A stretch of DNA of 64,000 nt from Leucoraja ocellata (taxonomy: Eukaryota), in contig JAWMAR010000463.1 of the NCBI GenBank assembly GCA_036785375.1, forward strand, positions 930,001 to 994,000, given 5' to 3'. Positions 1-13,477 of the stretch are shown piece after piece. The position numbers and the translations under genes are program-made. The notes beneath the pieces were generated by a model. The model saw nothing but the letters and a program-made list of their open reading frames with translations. It did not search any database and had not been told where the DNA came from. Position 1 is the first letter of the stretch. Each line of letters opens with the position of its first letter.

Positions 1-499
1 ACCCATCATCAGCTGGTGCCTCCCACCCCAAGCCAATTCCCTGCCCTGAGCCAGTGTATCCTGTCCTATCTGTATCTGCCATTCTGAGCAATTCCCCGAG
101 CATCAGCCAGTATCCTCTCTCCTGAGCCAATGTTCTCCAATCTGAGGCTACAACCTATCATGAGCAAGTGTTCTCTATCCTCTGCTAGCATGCTCCATCC
201 TCGCACCGGCATCCTCCCGCTGCCTTTCCTGAGCCAGTACCACCCTATTCTGAGGCTGTATCCTCCGTCGTCACCTCCTTGCCGTCTCTGCCAGTGCCCC
301 CCTCACCTCCACCTTCAGCTAGTGTTCCACCCCCTAAACCTATTTTCCACACTGCCTCCCCCCAACCTGAGCAAAGGACGTTTCCCACCATCAGCCAGCG
401 TCTCCCAACCTAATGCGGAGACCTCTCTCTCTCCGAGCCAACGTCTCCGACCCCGAGCCAGTGCCCCCACCACCCCCGCCCCAGTGTCTCCCACCCTAA

Positions 500-1200
500 G
501 CCAGTGCCTCCCCAGGCCCCCGGGAGGGGTCGCAGTTGACAGGAAGCGCCGCGCTGCCATGTTGCCGAGCCTCCCGCGGCGCCAGGGCCCGGCGGCTGTG
601 AGGGGAACAAAAGCAGCGCGGAGCGCACCCCGGCCTTCGCTACGCGGCCTTCCCTCGCTCGGCTCGGCGGCAGGCGGAGCTTTGCACCGCGCGCTCCTTT
701 TCAAATCCACCTGGTTTTAAACCGTGTTGTTCAGAGGCGGAGTTTGAGGGGGGGCCGGTTTTTCCCCCCGGTCGCGGCTCCCAGTCGGCGGCGATGGAAA
801 GGGCTGCCGAGCCGTCCTGGAACAGCTACACCTACCAGGTGAGCCAGCACAGCGCCGACATGTTGAAGAAACTCAACGGGCAGAGGAAGAACGGCGGCCG
901 CTTCTGCGATGTGGTGCTGCGGGTGGGCGATGAGAGCTTCCCGGCTCACAAGGCCGTGCTGGCCGCCTGTAGCGACTACTTCGAGTCGGTGTTCGGCGCG
1001 ATGGTGGACGAGGCCCAAGGCCGCGAGCTGGAGATGCACACCATCAGCGCCAAGGTCTTCAGGGACATCCTGGACTTCGCCTACACCTCCCGCATCGTGG
1101 TGAGACTGGAGAGCTTCCCCGAGCTCATGACGGCCGCCAAGTTTCTGCTCATGAGGTCGGTCATCGAGATTTGCCAGGAGGTAATCAAACAGTCCAACGT
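500..1200. promoter_or_regulatory. CpG island / promoter of PATZ1 copy A
   Basis: GC- and CpG-rich stretch over the 5' end in an AT-rich background. YY1-like GCTGCCATGTTG at 553-564 and ETS-like CAGGAAG at about 540. Confidence 0.75.
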
Positions 1201-1998
1201 CCAGATCATGGTGCCACCAGCCAGGGGAGACATGATGGTATTCCGCCCTGCCAATGTGGACTTCAGCTTTGCCCTGGACTTGGCTGCCGCTGCTTGTGCC
1301 AATGGCAACTTTATTGGGGAAAATGGACACCTGCAGGGCGCTGGTGATGTCAAGGTAGGTAGCCCAGGTGCCCCAGCTCCTGCCCTTCCGCCCCTGCAGG
1401 GTTCTTTACCTATGATGGATGGCTTGATGACTTCGCCTGCAGCACCGACCCTGGTGGCTGGTCAATTCCAGGCTCCAGTGAACTCAATGGGCCCTGACCA
1501 TGGCAAGCTGATCAAGAGGGGGCGAGGACGGCCTCGGAAGGCTCCTCTGTTTGACCTACCACTGCTCACGGCACCTTTAGCCATGAGGGATGAGGGTTTT
1601 TACCCCTGCAGCTTCTGTGGGAAAGTGTTCAAGAATTCTAACCGCCTCCTTCTCCATGAGGCGCAGCACACGGGGCTGAACGTGGAACTGGGGTCGGGGG
1701 AGAATCAGCTTCCAGGACTCGGGGACAATCTGCTGGCCTCTTCGAGCAGCCTTGACAGTCCCCGTAAGAGAGGCAGAATGAGGAAAAATGTGGCCTGTGA
1801 GCTCTGCGGTAAAGCTTTTAGGGATGTTTACCACTTGAATCGCCATAAGCTCTCGCATTCAGGGGAAAAACCATTTGAATGTCCCATCTGTCACCAGCGT
1901 TTCAAACGGAAGGACCGGATGACCTATCATATTCGGTCTCACGACGGAGCAGTGGGAAAACCGTACATTTGCATCAGCTGCGGAAAGGGCTTTTCAAG
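794..1998 (+). CDS. PATZ1: PATZ1 (POZ/BTB and AT-hook zinc finger 1) coding exon 1, copy A
   Basis: ORF starts MER..YTYQVSQHSADML. It has a BTB domain (FCDVVLRVGDESFPAHKAVLAACS), an AT-hook (KRGRGRPRK) and C2H2 fingers (CELCGKAFRDVYHLNRHKLSH, CPICHQRFKRKDRMTYHIRSH). It ends at donor AG|GTAAGT, phase 2. Confidence 0.97.
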
Positions 1999-3594
1999 GT
2001 AAGTAGAGAGGGTTAATGGAAAGATAAATGTGCCATGGAGGAACTCCTTTACATCGGTTAACGTAACAAGTACTGGGTTAAGTACTGTGGAACTGGAAAT
2101 GAGCCAGTTTGGAAAACAAAACAGAAAATGCAGTGGTAATCAATAAAATTGTAATTTCTTGAATGATGAATGTTCAGAATATTGTCCCTTGAAATGTGGA
2201 AAATCTCCTAATAACGTAATTATAGTAGAGAGTGCATTTTAGGTAGACAACTCTGGTTGCTGCAAATGTGGGGTAGCAAGATAAAATTGTGTAGATTCGC
2301 ACTAGGTTCATGTGTAATCAGAATTGATGATCCAAAAGAAGTACTGTGCCATTCCGTGCAATTGGTATTAAAAAATGACATACATTCTGAATACATTGTT
2401 CCCATCTGGTACTGTTGTCAGGAAGTGTTTTTGTTGTTTACCATTACAAATAACATGTAGTGTACTGCTGTGGAAATCAAGTTATATGTTTCAATGATAT
2501 GCACAAAGAAAATTGTTTTCTCGACCTTGGATGTAGATTTTGAATTTAAAAAATAAAATATTCAGTATTATGTGATATAAAATCTAGGCATTGTTGTGCA
2601 GGATACTGGCACTACTGAATAAAAATTGCCAGCTCTGTTAAACAAGCAAGCGTTTAAAAGCTCTGATTGCTTAACAGTGACAAAAGTTTGTATTTGTGAA
2701 CTTGAATTGAGTTTTAGGAACCGAGGGCACTTATTTTATTACTTATACTAACACTCCTGTGCAGTTTTCATTGTTTTGTAAGCTATTTGTTAACCAAATT
2801 TAATTCACTTCCAAGATTCTCCGCCTTTATCTCTCTCATCCCAGCCTGAAATCATCAAACCGTTGGCAGGCAAACTATTTACAAGCATATGATTGTCAGT
2901 TAAACACTAATGCCCAGAAGCACGTGATAAAGTACTTTTTAAGTCAACTTCTGAATTTTGCCTTTGTCTCACTTTCCAAATTTTCCATTAGAGGTTTAGC
3001 AAATTTACATCTTTTGCTAACTTGACCCTAATGTGGTACCGTTGGATGGATTTTTCATTACCATGACCATAACCTTTGTATTATTTTCTCTGATGCGTTT
3101 TTTTGTTATTTCTGTCAGCACGACTTTGGGAAGGGAGGAGGGTCAGGTGTCGTGCAGTATACTTCCAAGCTTAGCTAATGGCACCATAAAACTGGTTGTC
3201 TAATCAGGACATTGTCCATCTTATACTCTCTCTTGTCAACTCAATATACCAGGGAGTTGGCCTGAGAAACTGAGATTAGCATTATAAATTTGGGGAACTG
3301 TTTCTAGTGGCATAGCTGATTATTTCATGACTTGGCGCTTTAACCGTTTAGTCCTTAGGCTTGATATTTTTATCTGTGTTTTCAATTGAAGCGATGTCAT
3401 ATGGATTCAACAAAAGTTTCTTATGGAACAGTGAAAAAACACCAAATTAGTTCATACATTTTGTATTTATCTTTTTTTAGGAATGCAGCAATTGCATTAT
3501 AGTAAAACTACCTGTACAATATTATAGATATTATAGACATTTCATAATAATAATGTCCCCCAAGAATGTTACTTCTAACTTTCAGTACTGCAGC

Positions 3595-3870
3595 AGGTGT
3601 GGAGAACCAGAAGGGGACATAGCTTTAAGGTGAGGAGGGAAAAATTTAATGGGAATTTGAGGGGTAACTTTATCATGTAAAGGGTGGTAGGTGTAGGGAA
3701 CGAGCTGCCAGAGGAGGTACTTGAGGCAGGTACTATCGCAATGTTTAAGGAATATTTAGACAGATACATGGATAGGACAGGTTAGAGGGATATGGGCCAA
3801 ATGCAGGTGGGCGGGACTAGTGTAGATGAGGCAAGTTAGCCGGTGTAGGCCTGATTCCACGCTGTATGAC
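3595..3870 (+). mobile_element. CR1-type LINE 3' end fragment
   Basis: Typical chondrichthyan CR1 tail (agaaccagaaggggacatagctttaaggtgag...gatacatggatagg...ccacgctgtatgac). Confidence 0.75.
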
Positions 3871-5445
3871 TATCTGATGGAGAGATTCAGATATGTGATT
3901 GCAAAGAAAATGACAGGATTTGTATGGCAATGTCATATTCAAAGATTTTAGATATAAGAATGAAGCTGGAGAATAGCTTGGTAGTTTGCAAGGTTAGTGG
4001 GGTCCTGGTGTGAAGAGGGGGAGAGTCACAACCTAATACATTAGTAGAAAGAACACAAATTCAGAACTGCCATAGGCTCTTCAGAATGGTGCAGAATTTT
4101 GGGTGGAACAAAAGTCCTAGCAACATGTAAGATGTAGATGGATGATATAGTTGACATAGATAATATATTTTGACTGAACTGGGATGATTTGAATGTCCGT
4201 GAACTACGCCTTCTGATCCTGTAATTGTTTCTCTTGAAAATGCAAATTCATCCCAAATGTTTTAACCTCAAATTATTTTCTTTAAATTTGCTTGCAGTTC
4301 CTGGTTATTTCTGCAACAAAGCCATAGGCTTTTCACCAAATCTCGTGTCAAGAGATGCCCCAAACCAAAATAGATTATTTCCTGAGCCACTGTTGCATAT
4401 GCATTATAGAATGGGATTTTTGTAAAAATATTTTGACAATAGTTAAATGTAATAAACTTTAAATAAAATGATTGCAATTAATTACAGAACAGAAGTACTG
4501 CCCTGAAGTGTTAATAACTTTGTGCTTATCATCATCTTCCTTTACACAAAAACCTGGGGTTATACACCTGGTGAAATTTAAACGCAGGACATTGAACACT
4601 CAAAATGGGCTCATGGCCTGGGGGATTTTTTTTTTACATAAACTCATCAGATTTCAATTGGTTTTGTATTTAATGGCTTGATTTTGTAACTGAGTGTTAA
4701 ATTTTCTGACTTTTGATCACCATAGTACAGGGGCATGGGGTGGGAAGCAAAATGGGAAATATATCAGTCACCATTTGCCTCTATCCTGCTGCTTTCTACT
4801 TATAGTAAGTAGGCTGATCTCTCTTAATATTACCACCCTCGCTTGTGAACAGGGTCAGCAGACACAAGAATAAATGATTTTGCTCAAAAATGGCTGCAGG
4901 TCAGAAAATAATGAATGCATTTTTAGTCAATATCTTGACTAAATATTATTTTTGTGTACTGTGAAGAGCTGCATTATCGGATGCTACCTTTACAATCGAA
5001 TAGTAAAGTTCTGTCTTGTCTATTAGAAGTGTGGGAAGTTCTACTATGCTCATTAAACCAGACAGATTTGTCTAGTTATTTTCCTTATTATTGATTGTAG
5101 TATATACAAACTGATCACAATAGATAAAAGTGAATCAATATTAAAATTTACTTCACTGGCTACAAAGAACTTTACAATGTGCTAGAAAGTGGAAGAAGCC
5201 ATGACGATGTTCGTCATTGCATAAATTGGAAAATGAATTTTGCTTAAAGTTAATGATCCCTTAATGTATCACTAACAACAGAAGAGTAACTGGACTTGCA
5301 TTCCAGAATTCCGTACCCTTCAGTGTGAAACACTCCCTCCATATTGAAGCATTTCTTCCCAACTCAGTGCAAAATACTCCTTCAAACACTGAAAATTTCC
5401 CTTGCACATCAGTGAACCCTCAGCATTCCAGAATTTCACAGCATA

Positions 5446-5592
5446 CAATGCCTTCCATAATGTTTGGGACAAAGACCTATCATTTATTTATTTGCCTCTG
5501 TACTCCACAATTTGAGATTTGTAATAGAAAAAAAATCACATGTGGTTAAAGTGCACATTGTTAGATTTTAATAAACCTTATGGAGGGCACTG
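5446..5592. mobile_element. Internally deleted Tc1/mariner MITE (about 147 bp)
   Basis: Imperfect TIRs ta|CAATGCCTTCCATAA ... TTATGGAGGGCACTG with TA on the left flank. Confidence 0.7.
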
Positions 5593-5789
5593 TGTCACTG
5601 CATGGTCTAGTGATGCAGACTGTAAATTCTGGCTCGGTATCCATTCCTGAGGCAACTACTTGGAAAATAACTGTGATATACTATCATTAGTATTAAATGG
5701 GGAATCGCTTCCAAAATTCTGTTCTGTTGGCTCAATGTGATTGACACTACTGATTAAAACTCAAGACCTATGAAAAGATGTCAATAAAA

Positions 5790-6262
5790 CATAGAATAGT
5801 ACATCACAGACACTGTCCCTTAGCCCACAATGTCTGTGCTAGAACATGATGTCAAGTTAGACTAATCTCCTCTGTCTGTATGTGGTTCATATTCCTCCAT
5901 TCCATGCATATCCACATGTTTATCTAAAGGTTGCTTAAATAGCACTATTTTATTTGCCTCCACTTCAACCCCAGGCAGCATGTTTCAGGTATTCACCACT
6001 CAAAAAAAGACATCCCACACATCCTCTTTAAACTTTGCCCTTCTCATCTTAAAGCTATGCCCTATAGTCTTTGACATGTCCACTGGAGGGGAAAAGTTCT
6101 CGCTATCTATCCTATCTATGTATCTCATGAATTTATATACTTTTATCAGGTCTCCCCTCAGTCCCTGACGTTCTAGAGAAAGCTGTCCAGGTTTGTCCAA
6201 TCTTTCATAGGAACTAATACTGTCTAATTCAGACAGCATTTTGATAAACCACTTCTGCACCG
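5790..6262 (-). mobile_element. CR1-type LINE 3' fragment
   Basis: Minus-strand ORF 6000-6269 ...LSLERQGLRGDLIKVYKFMRYIDRID...KTIGHSFK matches the CR1 ORF2 C-terminus. Confidence 0.85.
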
Positions 6263-6267
6263 TCTTC

Positions 6268-7290
6268 ACAGTGTGCTCAGTCCCCTGCTCTACTCATTAT
6301 ATCTATAACAGTGTAGCCAGATACAATTCCAACTCCATCTTTAGATTTACTGACGACACCACCATTGTTAAACAAATACAGACAATGATGTGTCAGAGTA
6401 TAGGAGGGAGATTGACTATCTGATTCACCACCAGGTGGTGCCTGTAATGGCCGCCTCGTCAGGAGTCTGCCTTGTCCCTTCTCTGTTTTTATGTCTCGAA
6501 TGTTTGTATTAATGTCTCTTGGTATGTTTTATGGGGGGGGTATGGGGGGAGGGGGGGGGGGAGGGAGAGAGATCGGGGGAAACCTTTTTCAGTCACTTAC
6601 CTCGACGGAGATGTATTTTTGCTTTTTACTTTGTATGGCTGTATGGTAACTCAAATTTCACTGTACCTTAATTGGTACATGTGACAATTAAATTGAATCT
6701 TGAATCTTGATTGAATGGTGTCAGAACAGCAACCTTGGTCCAAACATCCCTAAAGCCAAAGTACAGATTGTTTACTTTATAAGAGGATGGCCAAGGGGCC
6801 GAGGTTCGTGGTGGAGAGAATCAGCAATTTCAAGTTCCTAGGTGTGCATGTCTCTGAAGATTTGTTCTGAACCCAGCCCATTGATGCGATCGTAAAGAAA
6901 GTTCATCAGCACCTTTAATTCCTTATAAGATTGGGGGGGATTTGGTATGTCGACAAGTACTCTCTTGAACATTTCCAGGTGTGCAGTAGAGATCATATTG
7001 ACTGGTTGCATCATGGCCTGGTTCGTCGACACTACGGGGATTAGAAGAAATGGTAAACAGTGCTCAGTGCATCTCAGGTACTGATCTCCTCACCATTGAA
7101 GTGATCTATAGGAGGCGCTGGCTCAAAACGGCAGCCAACAACATCAAGGACCCACACTACCCTAGCCACACTCTCATTGAATTTCTGCTATTGGCAAGAA
7201 GGTATAAGAGTTTAAAAACTGTAGTGTCCAGATTCAGGAACAACCTCTTCACCACAACCATCATGCTATTAAGCGCAACCAACCCCAACT
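6268..7290 (+). mobile_element. Rex1/Babar-like LINE RT remnant, interrupted by a SINE at about 6425-6710
   Basis: Degenerate RT motifs VLSPLLYS and SIFRFTDDTTIV; C-terminal IKDPHYPSHTL...RRYKSLKT..SRFRN. Confidence 0.75.
6425..6712 (+). mobile_element. SINE-like insertion with (TTGAATC)n tail
   Basis: Interrupts the Rex1-like remnant and ends ...ggtacatgtgacaatt aaattgaatcttgaatcttga. Confidence 0.55.
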
Positions 7291-7374
7291 AAACTTCAAA
7301 CTGCCTTAATTGCACTAGGGACTTCGGGCTTTGTTTTGTCTTGCACTATATTCGGTATCTTATTTATTAAACTT

Positions 7375-7670
7375 GGATGGCACATTGGCATAGCTGGTAG
7401 AGTTGCTGCCTCACAGTATTGAGCACGAGACCCGTGTTCAATACTGACCTCTAGTGCAGTCTGTGGGGGTTGCACGTTCTCCCTGTGACCACGTGCGTTT
7501 CCTCCAGGTGCTCCTGTTTCCTCCCCAAAGATGTGCTGGTTTGTAGGTTAATGATTCTCTGTAAAATTGCCCCTAGTCAATGAAAAAGCGGAATAACGAG
7601 AAACTAGTGTGAATGGGGGTCAGTGTGGACTCAGTGGGCAGAAAGGTCTATTTCCATGCTGTATTTCTAA
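7375..7670 (+). mobile_element. tRNA-derived V-SINE
   Basis: tRNA-like head with A/B boxes, V-domain (ttgcacgttctccctgtgacc...gtttcctccaggtgctcc) and CR1-derived tail. Confidence 0.8.
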
Positions 7671-8484
7671 ATTTAACAAAACTTTTTTTTATTTGTTTAT
7701 TATGTTATCATTTGAGTACAGTGTTTACAAGCCTCTTGTGCTACTGCAAGTACGAATTTCATTTTTCTGTTTTGGTACATATGACAATATTGACTTGAGA
7801 CAATGACAGAAAAATCTGAGTGGGATAGAGAATTAAAATGACCAGCGATTGTAAGATCGGACTCACTCTTGCAGGCTGAGCAGAGGTGTTCTGCAAAGGA
7901 GGAATGACGAGCCTGTTATATGGACCATGTGGAAGGTTTTCCAACGACTACAGATGGAAATTGAATTGTAGTATGTAGACGATAAATAGGAGATGATTCC
8001 AGGTGTGGTGGTGTAGTGGCATTGCAGGTCGGTAAAATGCCTCTCAGCTCCATTTACCTGGAGTCAAAGCTGACTAGTTCTGTCTGTGAATTCTCACCGT
8101 GATCATGCGGATTTCACACTTCTGCAGTATTCTCCCACTTCCCAAATGTGCAGGTTGCGGGTAGTTAACCATGTGTATTATTCCCAGAGTAGGTCTGATT
8201 GGAAAGTCGGTGGAACAGATGGGAATATGACTGAGAAAAGGCTACTGATAGATAAATGGGAGAAAGTGATTGCACTGTCTGCTGTATCTTATTCCCATGT
8301 CACAAAGGAATATGAAAGTTATTTAATAAGTAATCCAGAAGTTTGAATTTACAATGTCAGAACACATTAAAATCTTACCACACAGCTGGGTGGTTTTTCA
8401 ATTAATTAAATTTGGAATGTTTTGATGTAGTGAACAAAAATGTCCATTATCAAATGCTCACTTAATCCATATTCCTACGTAACC

Positions 8485-9130
8485 AAGTGTGTCTATCCAA
8501 AAATCTCTTAAATGCCACTATTGTATCTGCCTCCACCCTGCCAGCAGTGTATTGCCACCAGGCACCCACCACTCAATGTGTAAAAAAAAATTAGATTTTT
8601 AAAATTTTAATTATTGTAATTTATTTGATATTTCCACCCTGGGGAAAAAGTTCTCACTGAGTACCCTATCTATGCCTCTCATAATGTTGCATTCATCGAT
8701 CAGGTCTCCCCTCAACCTTCAGCATCCCGGAGAAACCATCCACATCTGTCCAACCTCTCCTTGTAGCTAATACCCTCTGATTTAGGCATCATTCTGGTAA
8801 ATCTCCTCTGCACCCTTTCCAAACTCTCCACATCTTTCCTGTATTGAGACGACTAGAACTGTACGCAGTATTCCAAAGCTGGCCTAACCGAATTCCTATC
8901 AAGCTGCATCATGACTTCCTGACTCTTATATTCGATGCTTAGACCAATGAAGGTATGCACACCATATACCCTCGTTATCACTATCCACTTGGTGTTACTT
9001 TCAGTGTGTTATGGACTTGGACCCCAAGATCTCTCTGTACATTAATGCTATTAAGGATCTTGCCATTAATTGTATATGTCCTCCTTACATTCAAACTGCC
9101 AAAGTACAACACCTCACACTTGCTCGGATT
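8485..9130 (-). mobile_element. CR1-type LINE fragment
   Basis: Reverse-strand CR1 ORF2 C-terminal sequence, similar to 5790-6262. Confidence 0.8.
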
Positions 9131-10459
9131 GATGGAGTAGAAGGGAGAATGCTATTAAAGAGAGGTGAGGGGAAGGGATGGAGCAGAAATTGGTTCGGTG
9201 AAGAGGGGCGAGTGGCAGAAGGGTGGAGATGCTAACAAAGGCTAGAGGTGAAATGGAGACAGATGGGGAAACATAAGGAAGGGAGAGGAGTGAAATCTAA
9301 AACTGGATGGAGAGCTGGTTGGTGGAAACGAATGGTTGTTTGCGGAAACTCTCATTTTCCTTTTATCATCACTTCTCTCCCCTTTCCTCGACTTGGATAT
9401 GTTCTCCAACAGTTGGTTTATTGTATTGTCATTGGCTGCTAATCCATTTAATTGTTGTGTTATCCTTTGTTTATACTTTCAAAGACATGCTGACCTTTTA
9501 ATTCTGCTAGTTTTCAGCAGTTGTAACCGGGACCAGGTGTCCGTTGGAAATTTCACCTTGTGAAAAATCTCCACATTTTATCTTTTTGATAGTTTGATAA
9601 GAAGTTGGCTGGACTGTACATTCAACTTCATTTATTATTTTTTATTTAGTCTAGAGAAGGAATCAAATCTGTTTTTCATAATGGCCAATTTTAGTCCACA
9701 CTGTCATTAACAGTCATCTTTATTTTTTTCTCCTCTTTCATCTCTGCTTATTTTGTTAAACCCAAGTGTACATGATAGTTATTATTTCCTGTTGTAATTC
9801 CAGGTATATTGTCCTCCTTGTTCTTAAGACTTATAAATCCTTTATTTTAATCCATTTGTTGCTTACAACTCGTCATTTCAGTTGTTGCCATTGCCAACAA
9901 TTGATATGTTTTTAAAATTTAGTATCCACAAATCACTGCTAAAGCACCCTCAACTTAGCTCTTGTACTTCTTTACAAACCTGTCCTGTTTATTAGATTTT
10001 GATTTCCCAAGATGCATTCAGTGAATTTTGAATATTTCTTTACTACAACCGAATTCTGTTTTCTTGTGATAAATATTAAGACACTTGAAATGAAAGCAGA
10101 CAATGGTGGAAACATTCATTATCTCAGATAGCATATCTGGAAAGAGAAGTAGAGTTAACATTTTAGGTCTGAGACTCGTCAGAACTGGCGAAGAGAGAAA
10201 ACAAATTACAGGTGCTCTCCAGATTAAGAATAATCAATATATGTGCAGCACTTGCATGCAAGCAAGCATTTGGGAGACAGGCGGGATGGATTTGCTGTTT
10301 GCTGTGGAACTGCAGGCATCTTCTACCGTGTACAAACACATTCCATGGCAATATCTGAGTGCTTGCTTTTGGTTGGCCTGTTTTTAATTTAAAATATTTT
10401 GCATGTGGCTGCATTTCTGATTTCGGAACAGTTTGGGTTGCAAACAGTTCTCATGTTGC

Positions 10460-10782
10460 CGATAAAGTGGGGGAGGTGGAGAAGGAATGGTGATGACACA
10501 CTGGTCAACCTGAGGAGCACCTTGAGCAACAGACTGGTTCCACCAAAATGCAGCACAGAACGCCGCAGGAGATCCTTTTTCCTTGTGGCTATCAAACTGT
10601 ACAACTCCTCCCCCATGGGGTAGACTGACTCCCCTCCCAATCTTCGTACATCCCGAATCCTGGACTTTCCACTCGTCACTTTAATTTATCATTCATTTTT
10701 TTGTTTCATGTACCATGTTGTGTTTTATGACCGTTGGCAGACCAATTTTCCTCCAGGGATAAATAAAGTGCTATCGTATCAT
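10460..10782 (+). mobile_element. Rex1/Babar LINE 3' end
   Basis: DTLVNLRSTLSNRLVPPKCSTERRRRSFFLVAIKLYNSS followed by a 3' UTR ending ggcagaccaattttcctccagggataaataaag..tatcgtatc. Confidence 0.75.
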
Positions 10783-11299
10783 AAAGATAAAGGAGTATCT
10801 CTGCTAGAGTTAGCCCAAATGGGTTAATGGGGCAGTTAGAGTCAAATTATGCTTATTTGTCAATGTAATATGTTGCTAATGGTAGGGCTAAGTGACATGC
10901 ACAGCAGGACAGGCTGAGCAAATCTGAGCCCAAATCACAAATGGGTGACTGACAGAAATGGCCAGTTCATGTTCAGACAGAGAGAATTACATGAAGTTGG
11001 AGAATTTGATATTAGAAGGGTGCAGCTTGCCCAGATAAAGGATGAGATGTTGCTCCTCAAGCTTGCATTAGGCCTCATTGTAACAGTATAGGAGGTCACA
11101 GACAGATAGGTCAGAGTGGGACTAGGATGAGAATTAAAGTGGCAGGTTTACGAGAAGCTCAATAATGCAGAGTGATTACCCAATTTGCATTTGGTTTCTC
11201 CAATGCAGAGGTGACCACAATGGATGTTGCCTCCCTTGTGCTAGGATCAAGCATGTTACTGAGTAGTTTCAGAACATCATGAAAGGAGAGGTTTAATCG

Positions 11300-11830
11300 C
11301 CTCATGGTCATGAAATGAGGTCCGACCAAATGTAGGGAATCTAGAAAAGCAGTTATGGAAAGTCGAGCAAAAAAATTACAAAACATTGCTAAAAAGACAT
11401 GTTAAAAGTGGTTTATGCTTGCAGTATTTGCAACAAGATAAATTAATTCATGGCGCAAATTAAACAACACGGGTGTAATCTAATTGCCATTACAGAAATG
11501 TGGTTGCAGAGTGTCCAAAGCTGGGAACTAAATATTGGGTATTCAATATAGAGGAAGTACAGTATAATACTGTTAATAAGGGAGATCAGAGTAACGATGA
11601 AAAAATGATTGTGGCTTGATAGAATAAATTTGGGTTGAGTTAAGAAACCAGCAAAGGGCAGAAAACATTGGTTGGAGTTATGGATAGGCCACTAAATAGC
11701 TGTAATACTGGGCCAGCATAATTCATGAAATCATAGTTGCCACAGGGATAATAGAGTATCGATGCAAGAATAGGCATGCATTAGATTTGGACTAATCAAA
11801 TTTACAGTAATAAGGTGCAAGATGAAGTTG
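11300..11830 (+). mobile_element. Degraded CR1 endonuclease-region fragment
   Basis: Remnant motifs such as LIAITEMWLQ (ctaattgccattacagaaatgtggttgcag) and VGV.DRP. Confidence 0.5.
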
Positions 11831-12969
11831 TGAAAATGCTTTTGTGTATTAACTGCCATCTGCAGTTCTTTGTTTCAACTACAGGTACATACAATGACAA
11901 TCCCATACTCAGTTATAGCGGATAATCAGCAAAAACGGACAAAATTCCCCTCCCCCTATGATCTGTTTTAACAAGAGTTTATTGTACACATTTGTGCTAT
12001 CAATATTGAAAGGGAGAGAAAAAAAAATCAATTTGGATAGTCCTAGAAATCAAAGGTATGACTTCAAAAGACTGATGAAAGGAGAAGGGAAAATCGTGTC
12101 GAGGTGCTGATGTATGCTGACTTTCAAATCGTCAACTTTCTTGCCATATACACATGTACCTTCAACTAATAGTGGCAGCCAATAAAGTATGGTTCTGATG
12201 AGTATCTCTAGCTGTTTTACCAAGATTGCCAACAATCATTATTTTTTACTGATGTTTGAGTGAAAGAAAATTGGGATATAGATATTCTAAAACATTAGAA
12301 GACAGTAAATCATTTTTTAATAATTCAATTTAGTTAATTCTGCTAACGTTTTGCATATGTTGAAGGCAATTTAGCTTGGATGGTGGCCATTAGTGGAAAA
12401 CATTTTGAGTGATGAATTAAAAAAAAATTGAGCCATTGTCATCCCTTCAAAGTATTAAGTATTTTGCCATTCATTTATTGGCTGATGGTGTTATCAATGG
12501 AGTATTTTATGGATTAAAATTATTTTCCCCTTATTCTCCTGTTGGATTATATTGCATTCACCATTCACCCCAAGGTATCATCGAGGGTGTTATAAAGACT
12601 ACTCAAGCAGAACTGTTTAAATCAAACAAAAACGTCAAGGCTAGCAAGTGCATGGTGTTTGTCATCTTGATTGAATGTGCATTACAATTCCTTATTTATC
12701 GTTGAGTTAAATCTTGAAATTCTCCACCCAGTAACAATGACAACGTTGATTTGAAGAATTTCACATACTGGCTGCAGCAGTTCAAGGAAGTGTCTCATCA
12801 CTAGCTTCTTATGCAACTAGAAATAAATGCCAGTCTTATCAGTGGTGTTCACATTCCAAACAATTATAACATTTCTAAAAAAAACGACATTTGGCAGCAG
12901 TTGCCTATTTTTTGAGGCTGCATGTGATCTTACAGTTCCGTATCCACCTGATGCCAATTTTTTTTCCAG

Positions 12970-13033
12970 ACCTGATCACTTGAATGGCCACATCAAACAA
13001 GTGCACACTGCAGAGAGACCCTTTAAATGTCAG
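12970..13033 (+). CDS. PATZ1: PATZ1 coding exon 2 (64 bp)
   Basis: Acceptor tttttccAG|, encodes (R)PDHLNGHIKQVHTAERPFKCQ, donor |GTGAGT. Completes the finger begun in exon 1. Confidence 0.96.
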
Positions 13034-13477
13034 GTGAGTTAGTGCTTCAACATCTTGCAAAGTCCAAAAAATGGTAATTTAAGGGTTTTTTTCTCCAAGC
13101 ATATTTTGTCCATATAGCAATGTAGCTTACAGCTTGATTTTATTATGGAGATCTCTGAAGAAAGTCATATCCATCTTCATCCAATAACCTCCCATTCATA
13201 TTTTTCTATGGGAGATACCGAAAAGAAGCTTGGTGGAGAAACACCAACAAATAATAATGTCCTTAACTTGGGTGTAACTGTTTTCGCAGCTTAATATAAT
13301 GCTGGGGCCACTTTCATTTCCTGGATCAGTCCATGTTGGTAGTGAATTTTCAACAGCATGAAAGGAAATTATCATGCCTGCTTAATCTCTAAATGTTGAT
13401 TTGTAATTAAACTGTTCAGTGGATAATGGTGTTTAAATTGTTTGAACATTTCCCTTGTTATTGATGTATTTTTCCAG

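Larger units (their letters stand above)
1..5739 (+). repeat. Segmental duplicate copy A (matches 58247-64000)
   Basis: Base-for-base match at offset 58246, with about two dozen substitutions and two small indels counted by eye. The ORF track is duplicated too. Confidence 0.98.

Noticed and set aside
130-720. 196-aa ORF upstream of PATZ1 (and its copy at 58376-58966)
   Set aside because: Pro/Ser-rich translation of a degenerate C-rich repeat and the CpG island, with no recognisable domain.
731-1330. 199-aa antisense ORF over the PATZ1 BTB region
   Set aside because: Shadow frame of GC3-rich coding sequence.
7375-7455. tRNA-like sequence (also about 43880-43958 on -)
   Set aside because: These are SINE heads. 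The 7375 copy is joined to a V-domain, and neither forms an intact cloverleaf.
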